Shown: piece by piece, positions 63,210 to 64,000 of the stretch | How the letters are laid out: each line of letters opens with the position of its first letter | Position numbering within the stretch: the first letter of the stretch is position 1 | NCBI GenBank assembly: GCA_964016885.1 | Contig: OZ024745.1 | Location: 23,498,001-23,562,000, forward strand | Source: Eledone cirrhosa | Taxonomy: Eukaryota | DNA length: 64,000 bases | Direction: 5' to 3' | Position numbers and translations under genes: made by a program | The notes under the pieces: model-generated | Database searches by the model: none | The model's input: the letters and a program-made list of their open reading frames with translations, nothing else | Told to the model about the DNA's origin: nothing

Positions 63210-63826
63210 GTCAGGTCACCAGTTGGTGCTACTGGTAACATGTATCCCAGTACAACCTGTCCCATGGTCGGGTCGTTGGCGACTAAACTGGCAACCCCAC
63301 CAAGGTTTCTTGGTGAGGAGGGTGACTTTGGACATCCTGCAGGACTAAAAACAAAACCTGTCAAAGGGCAAAGGAGCTCTTTAGAGTCAATGGCCATCAA
63401 TAATCACTGGGAGAGATGACCCCTTAGCCTTTGTCAAGGCAGAATTCTAGGAGAAGGAAAACTCTGATATAACACCTGCAACCCTGATGGTATCCAATGA
63501 TGTTGACTTGTTCTTCTTTTTGGTAAATATTATCTTGGTTAAGAGAGTGGGACTGGCTTTGTGCAGTGCCTTTGCTCACTATAAAAGCTTCACGGCACAG
63601 GCATTGCTTTATATCTGGAGATCTCTGATCTCTCTGCACTTGTCGTCACATGGTACCATGGGCCCAGCACTATGTGTCAATATTTGTCACAGGTGTAGTG
63701 TTTGTACCAGAGTTTTCAAGTCGCTGGCTGGACTAAAAAGTCACACCCGTTCAGCGCATTGGTAGGGGTTCTCCTACATGGATATAAAGTAGTGGCCGTA
63801 CTCGAAAACGAGTTGGCAGCCACCAT
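63210..63826 (+). mobile_element. Full-length copy of the RTE-type non-autonomous element in (TATG)n
   Basis: GTCAGGTCACC...GGCAGCCACCAT with (TATG)n on both sides. Confidence 0.9.
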
Positions 63827-64000
63827 GTATGTATGTATGTATGTATGTATGTATGTGAGTATGTATGTATGTATGTATGTATGTATGTATGTATGTATGT
63901 GAGTATGTATGTATGTGTATTGTGTATTCATGTATGTGTGTATGTATATATGTATGTCAGTATGTATGTATGTATATATGTGTGTATGTGTGTATGTATA

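Overview
Non-coding, repeat-saturated animal genomic DNA, most likely an octopod cephalopod (inferred from the dominant tRNA-derived SINE and the extreme microsatellite load). No intact host gene is recognisable, and almost every ORF in the track is a translation of simple repeats. The window holds about 25 SINE copies, a frameshifted 5'-truncated Tx1/L1-clade LINE, a head-to-tail cluster of internally deleted RTE-type elements in (CATA)n, a non-autonomous Helitron, mariner- and piggyBac-type MITEs, several minisatellites, a truncated intron-containing tRNA-Leu(CAA) pseudogene and a 200-N scaffold gap. The main hidden signal is about 12 type I hammerhead ribozyme motifs from several unrelated sequence families. 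They lie in short protein-less fold-back or tandem elements, mostly in (TA)n/(CA)n, and look like Penelope-like pseudo-LTR or retrozyme insertions. All folds were read by eye and coordinates are approximate to a few bases.
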